A DNA stretch of 63,789 nucleotides, counting the filler, from Octopus bimaculoides (lineage: Eukaryota), in assembly GCF_001194135.2 (NCBI RefSeq). It is 7 parts of 7 records of this genome, joined end to end, with 100 filler letters (N's around TTAATTAATTAA, not from the genome) between each part and the next. Parts side by side here need not be neighbours in the genome. Positions count along the whole stretch, not along the records: positions 1 to 6,541 come from NC_068982.1; positions 6,642 to 25,410 come from NC_068988.1; 5 more parts are not named here. The stretch is one strand, 5' to 3'. The position numbers and the translations under genes are program-made. Numbering within the stretch: position 1 is the first letter of the stretch; each line of letters begins with the position of its first letter. Positions 1 through 12,087 of the stretch are shown here, one piece after another. The notes under the pieces were generated by a model. It saw only the letters and a program-made list of their open reading frames with translations, was not told where the DNA came from and searched no databases.

Positions 1-58
<58 letters not shown>
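1..58. repeat. (TG)n microsatellite
   Basis: Perfect TG run at window start; further CA/TA mosaics to ~370. Confidence 0.97.
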
Positions 59-211
59 TATGCATGAGTATGATTGTGTAGGTTTGCGTCTGTGTATATG
101 TATGTGTATGAGTGAGTTTATGTGTTTAGAGTTCCTGGTAGTATAGAAATGCTTTAAGGTCTACAGTCTGGAAATAGTATATATATATATGTATGTGTGT
201 TTGTGTGTGTG

Positions 212-252
<41 letters not shown>

Positions 253-311
253 ATCTATGTATATATATATAATACAAAGAAAATGGAGAGTGCATATACA
301 TACATATTATA

Positions 312-357
<46 letters not shown>

Positions 358-592
358 AACACACACAAACACACACATATGCTTGTGGTTACACCACAAA
401 GTGCCTGCCGTGTCTTCCTGTCATGTCATAATTAGACTGTATAAAATGTTTTGCTTGTATTAACTAACAGTCATACCTCGTCTCGCTTGTATGGACTGCA
501 GATAATTTCATAGCATCGCTTAATCCCCGTTTACAGACTCCTTTGCCCCTACACCTCTCTCTCTCTCTCTCTCTCTCTTATACACACACATA

Positions 593-1056
593 TATATTAA
601 TAGTTATCGCCAAGACAACATGGCAGTCCAGGAAAATAGGGCGAATGCTGCCGTTGATTAGCTCCAAGAGGCCATCGCCTCTAGCTAGCTATGTGACACA
701 TGAACCTCTGTCCAACATAACCTTCGAACAGGGGAGGTCGCCGCTTCTCCTTGCTGGTCTGGCATCTACAGACTAGTTTGAGGGTGTTGCCCCTTATCAA
801 TGTAGAGCAACCGAACCCAACAGGCGTCGCTGACCGTCTGTACGAAGGATTATTTACATAAATTCAGTGGAATACATCCACTGGTTTTCAAAAATAGAAA
901 TATTAATATTTCTAAGTCTCTCTAAAGGAGACTACGGCAGCGGTACTGGATATTAATAGTTATCGCCAAGCCAATATGGCAATCCCAAAAAATAGAACCA
1001 ATGCTGCCGTTGATTAGCTCCAAGAGGCCATCGCCTCTAGCTAGCTATGTGACACA

Positions 1057-1087
<31 letters not shown>

Positions 1088-1137
1088 CNNNNNNNNNNCT
1101 CCAAGAGGCCATCGCCTCTAGCTAGCTATGTGACACA

Positions 1138-1140
<3 letters not shown>
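593..1140 (+). repeat. ~110-bp segment duplicated at ~358-bp spacing, plus a third partial copy across a 10-N gap
   Basis: TATTAATAGTTATCGCCAAG...CTCCAAGAGGCCATCGCCTCTAGCTAGCTATGTGACAC at ~595-700 and ~951-1058. The copy at 1099-1140 is probably a contig-overlap artefact. Confidence 0.85.
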
Positions 1141-1168
<28 letters not shown>

Positions 1169-1184
1169 CTATATGCTATATACC

Positions 1185-1303
1185 AAAGATTCGGCTCCTA
1201 TTTCTAGCACGCCCTGCAACCATGTAACAGTTATTTGCGATAAAGGACCCGAAATACCTGTTACGTGGTAACAGGGCGTGCAAGAAATAGCTGCCAAATC
1301 TTT
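1185..1303. repeat. Imperfect inverted repeat (46-bp arms, 27-nt spacer), MITE-like
   Basis: 1185-1230 AAAGATTCGGCTCCTATTTCTAGCACGCCCTGCAACCATGTAACAG matches the reverse complement of 1258-1303 with a few mismatches. Confidence 0.8.
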
Positions 1304-1344
1304 CCTTTTCTGGAGAAAGGGCCCGTTTATGCATGATTCCAATG

Positions 1345-1485
1345 CCCCATAACATTAGTAGTTCGACAAAAGACACCGACAGAATAAGTACTAGGCTTTA
1401 AAAAAAAGTCCTGGGGTCGATTTGTTTGAATATAACCCTCCAAGGCGGTGCCCCAGCATGACTACAGCCTGACGATTGAAACAAT
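1345..1485 (+). mobile_element. SINE family A, 3' fragment
   Basis: Matches the tail of the full copy at 54765-55175 (GAATAAGTACTAGGC...GTCCTGGGGTCGATTTG...GGCGGTGCCCCAGCATG). Confidence 0.8.
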
Positions 1486-3208
1486 TTAGGAAACACAGAC
1501 ACACACACACACATATATGTGTAGGAGCTCTGTGTGTGTGCGTGCGTGCGTGCGTGTGTGTGTGTGTGTGTGTATGTGTGTGTGCGTGTGTGTGCGTGCG
1601 GGCGCGTGTGTGCGTTTGTGCTTATATTCTTTCTAACTTAATTGTTGTTGTTGAGTGATGCCAAATGTTTTGCTCTTACATTTTTTACTTTAATCTATAT
1701 ATATACCCGCTCAAGGAGAAACCACTTCCAGGCGTATCTGATAAGTAGTTCAAGCCGGAGCTTTAATGGTAAACTAAACTGAGTACTCACTGTACATACC
1801 TGTTACATTACGTGAGTTGACGAAAATTCCTTATATATATTGTGTGTGTGTGCGTGTGTGTGCGTGTTTGTGTGTGTCTGTGAGTGTCTGTGTGTGTCTG
1901 TGTGTGTCTGTGTGTGTCTGTGTCTGTGTGTGTCACTGGTGCTCAGTGATACATTGTGTACAGTGTGTTTTAAATATGGTAAATATTTTTGATCTTACTC
2001 TTGTATAATATTTTGCATCTATCTTGTGGTTCTCTCTTTGTTATTTTGACAAGCAGATGTGTCAATGCGGTGTTAATAATTAGTAAATATATCCGGACTC
2101 GTCTACCGTGCTTTTGATATCTAAGTCATTAAGCTAATTCTGTCTTTTCTCAGCGCAGAGTAATTCTTGTTAAATCTTGGATGCTTGTTCCATTAACTAT
2201 ATTAACACTTACCTTATTACTCTGTAGTCAAGTATCATACTTGGATTCCATTGTAGCGAGTAGCTATGACAAGACTTGGTGGAAGTTCATATACATATTT
2301 ACAGCTACAGTTGGACAAGGCTTCATGAAACACAGACAATGAGAAATTATAAGAATATCATATTTACAGAAGTTGAAATCTTAATGATGAACCACGTCGG
2401 CATGTTGCTGCAGAAACGTATGGCGTGTTGATTTTTCATCACCGAGTTGGTATATAGCTGTGAAGATAACTATTAGGAAAATCTCACTGGTTTGAGTATG
2501 TAACAGCGAAAACAGCTTGATTGGAGAATTTCTTTAGAACTGAAGCGAGGTAATACCGAACTCTCACTGAAATATCGCACCAAAATCGGTTTCTTATAAA
2601 GCCGTCGCTGCAGGAATTTTCTAGAATTATCACATGAACACTTGACTCTTATTGGTTGAAAGCAGGGTCTGCACACGTGATAGACGCGTGAATCCCATGC
2701 GATCGAAACATGAAAATGAAAATGAAATTAACTGCCATACTTTATTTTGGACAAGAATTAATTCCATAGAATATGAATACTTGGGTATAATCATAATTAC
2801 ATAGTGGAAAAGTCTTTCTAACTATCAAATACCTCACGAAAACTGTTAAATTCTCTTATATTATGTGTCAAAATTTTCGTCCCTTGCGTCCTTGGTCGCA
2901 TTTCCGCTGTAATCGTAAAACAAAGCTTAAATTTCAAATATAAATGGTATAAACACGTATACGAACGAATATGGCCGGATTATACTAAAATACAAGCACA
3001 TTTTAGTGTAATCAGTTGAGAATTTGCTCGATATGTGATAGGTACGAATCACTTAAGGAGTGTATGTTCTGCTTATAAGCCAAGTAGGTAGTTTATAACG
3101 TAAGTGCTTATACATTACCTGATATCATTTATTTTAAAATCATAAACGCTCATTTAAAATTTAACACATACATACATACATACACACACACTCACATACA
3201 CACACACA

Positions 3209-3248
<40 letters not shown>

Positions 3249-3279
3249 CGCACACACACAAACACACACATACGTATAT

Positions 3280-3440
3280 AGTAAAGATTGTTTTTAGGTG
3301 CAATTATACTAAAAACAATCTCATGTTAATCTGATGCGTAACTCTATACTTTTGTAGAGTACAAATTTATTATTCTTAAACAAGAATATTATTGGCAGTG
3401 ACTTCGAAGTTTTAGCCACTGTCAATAATATTCTTGTTTA
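3280..3440. repeat. Diverged paralogue of 4561-4700, ending in a 24-bp fold-back
   Basis: Shared AAATTTATT..TTCTT.AACAAGAATA.TATTG.CAGTGACTTCGAAGTTT. Arm 3377-3400 matches the reverse complement of 3417-3440 with 1 mismatch. Confidence 0.75.
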
Positions 3441-4671
3441 GAGACAAGACAAGAATAATATGTGTAGTTTACTTTTCTGTTAAGGTAAGATCAACAAAAA
3501 AAAGTACTTCGTCGGGTGAGAGATAAATATTGTTTGCAGATTGAAGAACACCACCCTCTCCGCATTGAGCAGCTGTATTGCAGGCTAAAATCTTTCCATT
3601 GATTCTACACCAACTAGTTATGTGGCTTTACGGTCAAAGGTAACGTAACTCTAATTCTCACCTTTTGTTTTTTGTTTCTGTTTTTCTTTTTTTTCTGTTT
3701 CTTTTCACCCTTCCAATTTTTGTATCCACCTTCCTCTGGTTTTTTTTTTTTTTTGTGATTTCTCTTGTTCTATTGTCCCGATTTGTAACTTGTATAGGCC
3801 TTGCACTCAGAGCTTGAAGATTACTTGGAAGCACTAGCTATGTTATTAAATATGTATATANNNNNNNNNNNNNNNNNNNNNNNNNNNNNNNNNNNNNNNN
3901 NNNNNNNNNNNNNNNNNNNNNNNNNNNNNNNNNNNNNNNNNNNNNNNNNNNNNNNNNNNNNNNNNNNNNNNNNNNNNNNNNNNNNNNNNNNNNNNNNNNN
4001 NNNNNNNNNNNNNNNNNNNNNNNNNNNNNNNNNNNNNNNNNNNNNNNNNNNNNNNNNNNNNNNNNNNNNNNNNNNNNNNNNNNNNNNNNNNNNNNNNNNN
4101 NNNNNNNNNNNNNNNNNNNNNNNNNNNNNNNNNNNNNNNNNNNNNNNNNNNNNNNNNNNNNNNNNNNNNNNNNNNNNNNNNNNNNNNNNNNNNNNNNNNN
4201 NNNNNNNNNNNNNNNNNNNNNNNNNNNNNNNNNNNNNNNNNNNNNNNNNNNNNNNNNNNNNNNNNNNNNNNNNNNNNNNNNNNNNNNNNNNNNNNNNNNN
4301 NNNNNNNNNNNNNNNNNNNNNNNNNNNNNNNNNNNNNNNNNNNNNNNNNNNNNNNNNNNNNNNNNNNNNNNNNNNNNNNNNNNNNNNNNNNNNNNNNNNN
4401 NNNNNNNNNNNNNNNNNNNNNNNNNNNNNNNNNNNNNNNNNNNNNNNNNNNNNNNNNNNNNNNNNNNNNNNNNNNNNNNNNNNNNNNNNNNNNNNNNNNN
4501 NNNNNNNNNNNNNNNNNNNNNNNNNNNNNNNNNNNNNNNNNNTATATATATATATATATATTAATGTCTGTTTTATGTTCAATTATAATAAAAACAATAT
4601 TACCTTAATCTTAAGGGTTTCTCCATACTTTCGTAGTGTCAAAAATTTATTGTTCTTTAACAAGAATAGTA

Positions 4672-4722
4672 TTGACAGTGACTTCGAAGTTTCGGCCAGC
4701 TGAGCCATCATCGGAGTGGGGG
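4672..4722 (-). ncRNA. Degenerate hammerhead-ribozyme-like motif (PLE-type)
   Basis: Minus strand: CACT CCGATGA T GGC-TCAGCTG-GCC GAAA CTTCGAAG TC ACTG. Stem III ACTTCGAAGT is palindromic; U4 is C; stem I has a mismatch. Confidence 0.45.
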
Positions 4723-5189
4723 AGTGGGAAATTGAGAGAGAAATAAAGATGTATATAAAATAGAGATAGATAAAGACATAAATAAAAAAAATAGATTAGA
4801 TTTAGAGAAAGACAGTTAGGTAGAGATATAAAAGCATAATAATTTGAGAAATTCTTAGTCACAGATATAAGTATGTTAATACTTATAGCTAGACAGACTG
4901 ACAGATACAGCTCTGAGTATACTGCTACTTATAGCAGAAACAGCTGTAAGCTAATGAAGTTGATTACATGATTTCTTTTCATTAGTCATCCATTATTATT
5001 ATTTTGCTCTTTACTTGTCTTTCACTTTACTTTGAAGCATAATCATATTGAGTTCTAACAACTGTTTATGAGATTCTCTATGCCAAAGTGAAATCATAAA
5101 TTATATATGTGTGTGTTTGTATAAGAACAGGTTCGGACGAGTCTCCCCACTAGAGTTCCATTTCAAATATGATACTTATGTTTTTCTAA

Positions 5190-5620
5190 GGCGGTGAACT
5201 GGCAGAAATGTTAGCACGCCGGGCGAAATGCTTAGCAGTATTTCGTCAGTCTTTGCGTTCTGAGTTCAAATTCTGCTGAGGTCAACTTTGCCTTTCATCC
5301 TTTCGGGGTCGATAAATTACGTACCAGTTACGCACTGGGGTCAATGTAATCGACTTAATCCCTTTGTCTGTCCTTGTTTGTCCCCTCTATGTTTAGCCCC
5401 TTATGGGCAATAAAGAAATAAGAAACGTTAGCACGCCGGGCGAAATGCTTAGCGGTATTTCGTCTGTCTTTGCGTTCTGAGTTCAAATTCCGCTGAGGTC
5501 GACTTTGCTTTTCATCCTTTGGGGGTCGATAAATTAAGTACCAGTTGCGTACAGGGGTCGATCTAATCGACTGGCCCGCTTCCCCAAAATTTGGGGCCTT
5601 GTGCCCAGAGTACAAAAGAA
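5190..5620 (+). mobile_element. Two tandem SINE family B copies (5190-5423, 5424-5620)
   Basis: GGCGGTGAACTGGCAGAA..GTTAGCACGCCGGGCGAAATGCTTAGC...GAGTTCAAATTC (B-box-like)...CTTTCATCCTTTCGGGGTCGATAAATT; recurs many times in the window. Confidence 0.9.
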
Positions 5621-5719
5621 TATGTACACAATTCCTTATCTCTTAAATATAGAACTGTACTCCTGTTAGCAGTTGGACGAAATGCCACTCCAATAAACCA
5701 GGCTAGCAACTTCATGGCA

Positions 5720-5897
5720 GGGTTGTAAGTCGATTATATTGATGCCAGTGAACAGCCGGTTCTTATTTTACGAATCTCTGAAAGGGTGAAAGGCAAATTC
5801 GACCTCGGTGGAATTTGAACTCAGAACATGAAGACGGACGAAATGCTGTTTAGCATTTTGCCCGGTGTGCTAACGATTCTGCCAGCTCACCGCCTTA
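5720..5897 (-). mobile_element. SINE family B copy, inverted relative to 5190-5620
   Basis: Reverse complement of the family B head and body (GAATTTGAACTCAGAAC...GCTAACGATTCTGCCAGCTCACCGCC). Confidence 0.88.
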
Positions 5898-6357
5898 CAC
5901 GCCAATTTAATTAACCGCAAATATTGCGTAACTTTCACACAAAATCATTTACGTACAATGGCGTTAGAAACGGAGCAGCACAAAAACAAATGTAACTTAT
6001 ATTAAAGATAGGCCAAATTGGATTCTATGTTACTCTTCATAATCCACACATGCTTTTATCAGTAATGTAGCTGGAATTTCAAAACCAGTGGATTGAAGTT
6101 TTCCTTCTGGCTCCAGAGAGTAAACAGCCAGGAGTTCAAGGTCCCTACGGCTGGTCTTTATTTAGAAGCCTTACGTGTGTATATGCGATGTGTGTGTGTG
6201 TATGTATATACATTTATATACCCATACACACACATACACGCACACACTCACACATACACATATGACTATTTGCATTGTGTAATTATATGTTTGTACACGT
6301 GTGATAACATATATTTACTTAAAGAGAAATTTGTGTGTGTGTCTGTGTGTGTGTGTG

Positions 6358-6404
<47 letters not shown>

Positions 6405-6541
6405 GTGCACGTGTGCGCGTGTGTGTACATTTCTATTTAAGTAAATAAGTTAGCACACGTGTACAAATAAATATATACATACGGATATAATACGTATGCA
6501 TATGTATGTGCATGGATGTGTATAGGCGTGCTTGCATATAT

Positions 6542-6641
6542 NNNNNNNNNNNNNNNNNNNNNNNNNNNNNNNNNNNNNNNNNNNNTTAATTAATTAANNN
6601 NNNNNNNNNNNNNNNNNNNNNNNNNNNNNNNNNNNNNNNNN
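6542..6641. other. Artificial scaffold spacer
   Basis: 44 N + TTAATTAATTAA (6586-6597; stop codons in all six frames) + 44 N = 100 bp. Identical layout six times in the window. Confidence 0.92.
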
Positions 6642-9600
6642 TTACTTTCCGTTAGTTTTCGTGACTTTCCGTTACTTTCCGTTATTTTCCGTTAGTCTCC
6701 ATTAGTTTCCGTTACTTTCCGTTAGTTTCCGTTCCTTTCCATTAATTTCCTTTAGTTCTCCTTAGTTTCCGTTACTTTTCGTTAGTTTTCGTTAATTTCC
6801 TTTAGTTTTCTTTACTTTCCGTTAGTTTCCGTTAGTTTCCGTAGTTTATGTTAGTTTCCGTTACATTCCGTTAGTTTCCACTAGTTTCCGTTAGTTTCCA
6901 TTAGTTTCCGTTACTTTCCGTTAGATTCAGTTAGTTTCCGTTACTTTCCGTTAGTTTCCGTTACTTTCCGTTACCTTCCGTTAGTTTCCGTTACTTTCCG
7001 TTAGTTTCCGTTACTGTCCGATAGTTTCCGTTAGTTTCCGTTAGTTTCCGTTATTTTCCGTTACTTTCCGGTAGTTTCCGTTAGTTTCCGTTATTTTCAG
7101 TTATTTTCCGTTACTTTCCGTTAGTTTCCGTTAGTTTCCGCTTCTTTCCGTTAGTTTCCGTTATTTTCAGTTACTTTCCGTTAGTTTCAGTTACTTTCCG
7201 TTAGTTTCCGTTCCTTTCCGTTAATTTCCTTTAGTTCTCGTTAGTTTCCGTTACTTTTCGTTAGTTTCGTTAATTTCCTTTAATTTTCTTTACTTCCCGT
7301 TAGTTTCCGTTAGTTTCCATTTGTTTCCGTTATTTTCCGTGACTTTCCTTTAGTTTCCGTTACTTTCCGTTATTTTCCGTTAGTTTCCGTTAGTTTCCGT
7401 TACTTTCCGTTCCTTTCCGTTAATTTCCTTTAGTTCTCGTTAGTTTCCGTTACTATTCGTTAGTTTTCGTTAATTTCCTTTAGTTTTCTTTACTTTCCGT
7501 TAGTTTCCGTTAGTTTCCGTTAGTTTCCGTTAGCTTCCGTTAGTTTCCGTAGTTTATGTTAGTTTCCGTTACTTTCCGTTAGTTTCCACTAGTTTCCGTT
7601 AGTTTCCATTAGTTTAGGTTAGTTTCCGTTAGTTTCCGTTACTTTCCGTTACTTTCCGTTAGATTCAGTTAGTTTCCGTTTGTTTCCGTTACTTTCCGTT
7701 AGTTTCCGTTAGTTTCAATTGATCTCCGTTACTTTCCGTTACCTCCCGTTAGTTTCCGTTACCTCCCGTTAGTTTCCGTTACCTTCCGTTAGTTTAGTGT
7801 AGTTCTCGTTAGTTTCCGTTAGTTTCCGTTACTTTGTCTTAGCTTCCGTTACTTTCCGTTAGTTTCCATTACTTTTCGGTTACTTCCGTTAGTTTCCATT
7901 ACTTTTCGGTTACTTCCGTTAGTTTCCGTTTCATTACGTTAGTTTCCGTTTCTTTCCGTTAGTTTCCGTTTCAGTACGTTGGTTTCCGTTAGTTCCCGTT
8001 ACTTTCCGTTAGTTTCCGTTACTTTCCGTTAGTTTAGGTTACTTTCCGTTACTTTCCATTACTTTCCGTTACATTCCGTTACTTTCCGTTACCTTCCGTT
8101 AGTTTCTGTCAGTTTCCGCTAGTTTCGTTAGTTTTCGTTAGTTTCCGTTCCTTTCCATAAGTTTCCGTTACTTTCCGTTAGTTTCCGTTAATTTCCGTTA
8201 GATTCCGTTAGTTTCCGTTACATTCCGTTACTTTCCGTTAGTTTCAGTTACTTTCCGTTACCTTCCGTTACTTTCCGTTACTTTCCGTTAGATTCCTTTA
8301 GTTTCCGTTACTGTCCGATAGTTTCCGTTATTTTCCGTTAGTTTCCGTTAGTTTCCGTTAATTTCCGTTATTTTCCGTTATTTTCCGTTAGTTTCCGTTA
8401 GCTTCCGTTAGTTTCCGTAGTTTATGTTAGTTTCCGTTACTTTCCGTTAGTTTCCGTAAGTTTCCATTAGTTTAGGTTACTTTCCGTTAGTTTCCGTTAC
8501 TTTCCGTTACTTTCCGTTAGATTCAGTTAGTTTCCGTTTGTTTCCGTTACTTTCCGTTAGTTTCCGTTAGTTTCCCTTAGTTTCCGTTAGTTTCAATTGA
8601 TCTCCGTTACTTTCCGTTACCTCCCGTTAGTTTAGTGTAGTTCTCGTTAGTTTCCGTTAGTCTCCGTTACTTTGTCTTAGCTTCCGTTACATTCCGTTAG
8701 TTTCCATTACTTTTCGGTTACTTCCGTTAGTTTCCGTTTCTTTCCGTTAGTTTCCGTTTCATTACGTTGGTTTCCGTTAGTTCCCGTTACTTTCCGTTAG
8801 TTTCCGTTACTTTCCGTTACTTTCCGTTTGTTTAGGTTACTTTCCGTTACTTTCTGTTACTTTCGCTATTTTCCCTTAGTTTACGTTACTTTCCATTACT
8901 TTCCGTTACATTCCCTTACTTTCCGTTACCTTCCGTTAGTCTCTGTCAGTTTCCGCTAGTTTCGTTAGTTTTCGTTAGTTTCCGTTACTTTCCATAACTT
9001 TGCGTTAGTGTCCGTTAGCTTCCGTTAGTTTCCGTAGTTTATGTTAGTTTCCATTACTTTCCATTAGCTTCCACAAGTTTCCGTTAGTTTCCATTAGTTT
9101 CCGTTAGTTTCCGTTAGTTTCCGTTTCTTTCCGTTAGATTCAGTTAGTTTCCGTTTGTTTCCGTTACGTTCCGTTAGTTTCCGTTAGTTTCCGTTACTTT
9201 CCGTTACCTTCCGTTACTTTCCGTTACTTTCCGTTACTTTCCGTTACCTTCCGTTAGTTTCCGTTAGTTTCCGTTAGTTTCCGTTATTTTCCGTTACTTT
9301 CCGTTACTTTCCGTTACTTACCGTTAGTTTCCGTTAGTTTCCGTTTGTTTCCGTTAGTTTCCGTTAGTTTCCGTTCCCTTCCATTAATTTCCTTTAGTTC
9401 TCGTTAGTTTCCGTTACTTTTCGTTAGTTTTCATTAATTTCCTTTAATTTTCTTTACTTCCCGTTAGTTTCTGCTAGTTTTCATTTGTTTCCGTAAATTT
9501 CCGTTAGTTTTCGTGACTTTCCGTTACTTTCCGTTATTTTCCGTTAGTCTCCGTTAGTTTCCGTTTCCTTCCGTTAGTTTCCGTTACTTTCCGTTAGTAT

Positions 9601-9992
9601 CCGTTCCTTTCCGTTAATCTCCTTAAGTTCTCGTTAGTTTCCGTTACTTTCCGTTAGTTTCCGTTAGTTTCCATTAGTTTCCGTTATTTTCCGTTTGTTT
9701 CCGTTAGCTTCCGTTAGTTTCCGTAGTTTATGTTAGTTTCCATTACTTTCCGTTAGTTTCCACTAGTTTCCGTTAGTTTCCCTTAGTTTCCGTTACTTTC
9801 CGTTAGTTTCCGTTACTTTCCGTTAGATTCAGTTAGTTTCCGTTTGTTTCCGTTACTTCCCGTTAGTTTCCGTTACTTTCCGTTACTTTCCGTTACTTTC
9901 CGTTAGTTTCCGTTAATTTCCGTTAGTTTCCGTTTCTTTCCCTTAGTTTCCGTTAGTTTCCGTTACTTTCCGTTAGATTCAGTTAGTTTCCG
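6642..9992. repeat. 10-bp satellite (GTTAGTTTCC / GTTACTTTCC)n with higher-order organisation
   Basis: About 335 near-perfect 10-mers bounded by gaps on both sides. Variant GTAGTTTATG recurs at 6841, 7549, 8417, 9034 and 9723. Confidence 0.97.
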
Positions 9993-11719
9993 NNNNNNNN
10001 NNNNNNNNNNNNNNNNNNNNNNNNNNNNNNNNNNNNNNNNNNNNNNNNNNNNNNNNNNNNNNNNNNNNNNNNNNNNNNNNNNNNNNNNNNNNGTGTCCCA
10101 CCTTGCTAACTATCAGCCATTTTGTATTTTGTATTTCTATTGCATGTGTCTCCGCATGCGTATCCTTCTATGTGTGTCTATACTTTGTAAGTGCTTGTAA
10201 TGTAATGTAATGTAATTGGCTAAACTGGGAATATGACCATCCCCAAATACAACAACATCTGTTTCAACACACGATTTCGCATCAAAAATCTTGCAAAACA
10301 AACAAATATATATATATATAAGATNNNNNNNNNNNNNNNNNNNNNNNNNNNNNNNNNNNNNNNNNNNNNNNNNNNNNNNNNNNNNNNNNNNNNNNNNNNN
10401 NNNNNNNNNNNNNNNNNNNNNNNNNNNNNNNNNNNNNNNNNNNNNNNNNNNNNNNNNNNNNNNNNNNNNNNNNNNNNNNNNNNNNNNNNNNNNNNNNNNN
10501 NNNNNNNNNNNNNNNNNNNNNNNNNNNNNNNNNNNNNNNNNNNNNNNNNNNNNNNNNNNNNNNNNNNNNNNNNNNNNNNNNNNNNNNNNNNNNNNNNNNN
10601 NNNNNNNNNNNNNNNNNNNNNNNNNNNNNNNNNNNNNNNNNNNNNNNNNNNNNNNNNNNNNNNNNNNNNNNNNNNNNNNNNNNNNNNNNNNNNNNNNNNN
10701 NNNNNNNNNNNNNNNNNNNNNNNNNNNNNNNNNNNNNNNNNNNNNNNNNNNNNNNNNNNNNNNNNNNNNNNNNNNNNNNNNNNNNNNNNNNNNNNNNNNN
10801 NNNNNNNNNNNNNNNNNNNNNNNNNNNNNNNNNNNNNNNNNNNNNNNNNNNNNNNNNNNNNNNNNNNNNNNNNNNNNNNNNNNNNNNNNNNNNNNNNNNN
10901 NNNNNNNNNNNNNNNNNNNNNNNNNNNNNNNNNNNNNNNNNNNNNNNNNNNNNNNNNNNNNNNNNNNNNNNNNNNNNNNNNNNNNNNNNNNNNNNNNNNN
11001 NNNNNNNNNNNNNNNNNNNNNNNNNNNNNNNNNNNNNNNNNNNNNNNNNNNNNNNNNNNNNNNNNNNNNNNNNNNNNNNNNNNNNNNNNNNNNNNNNNNN
11101 NNNNNNNNNNNNNNNNNNNNNNNNNNNNNNNNNNNNNNNNNNNNNNNNNNNNNNNNNNNNNNNACACACACACACACACACACATATACATACATTTATT
11201 TATTTTTTAAGTAATTATAAAATATAATTATAACTAAGGGCTCTGGAATGCCAGCGCCTATACGCTAAAAGTAGATGTCAAATACCAACAATCCTCTCTA
11301 AATTAGTTCTAGGTTGGATACGAGGTAATGTGCAAGAAAATTTTCAAAATTTCGGATGATCCTATATCTTAATATTTCATGCCTTGCAATAGAAATTGCT
11401 TTGCAATGCTCAGTAGAAATACACCGATAAACATATAAACAAGAAGTACATATACATACCGATAAACCTATTCGTAGATGCTAATATTCGTCAGTGATCG
11501 AACCCCTTTGAATCATTAATCATTCGTTGAGTACACCAAGGATGTAACATTTCGCTTAGACGAATTAAATATATCTAACAGGTCTAGGTGTGTCAAGTTG
11601 CTTTATATATACAAATGTGCGTATGTATGTATGCATTTGCATACTTACATAAATACATTCTTACATACGTACATACATGCTTAATACATATATACATACT
11701 CATATATATGTATGTATAT

Positions 11720-12087
11720 GGACGCAGGAGTGGGTGTGTGGTAAGAAGCTTGTTTCCCAGCCACATGTTTCTAGGTTCAGTCGCAATGCGTAGAACCTTG
11801 GGCAAGTGTCTACTCTAGCCTCATGCCAACCAAAACCTTGTGAGTGGATTTGGTAGACAGAAACTGAAAGAAGCCCATCGTACATGTATGTGTGTGTGCG
11901 CGCGCGCGTGTGTTTGTGCCCCACTACAGCTTGACAACTGGTGTTGGTGGTGTTGATGTGTTTACGTTCCCGTTTACCTAGTGGTTCAGTAAAAGAGAAC
12001 GGTATAATAAGTACCAGGCCTAAAATATATATAAAAAAATACTGGGATCGATTCATTCAACCAAAATTCTTCAGGGTGGTGCTCCAA
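11720..12087 (+). mobile_element. SINE family A, nearly full length, cut by a gap
   Basis: tRNA-like head GGACGCAGGAGTGGGTGTGTGGTAAG...GGTTCAGTC, then GGCAAGTGTCT, internal TG tract, and family A tail. Confidence 0.88.

Noticed and set aside
1099-1165. Third copy of the CTCCAAGAGGCC block
   Set aside because: Exact repeat of the sequence just before a 10-N gap; most likely unmerged contig overlap.
2383-2425. TGATGA...GAAACGTA spacing like a hammerhead
   Set aside because: No stem I or stem II pairing.
3540-3640. Apparent AG...GT-bounded exon
   Set aside because: Stops in all three frames.
6586-6597. Recurring TTAATTAATTAA motif (six times)
   Set aside because: Always centred in exactly 44+44 N and encodes stops in all six frames: an assembly spacer, not biology.
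6642-9992. Satellite as a CRISPR array, telomere, or derivative of the SINE A motif ACGGAAACT
   Set aside because: No spacers; the unit is not TTAGGG; a 9-bp match to the SINE is too short to infer origin.
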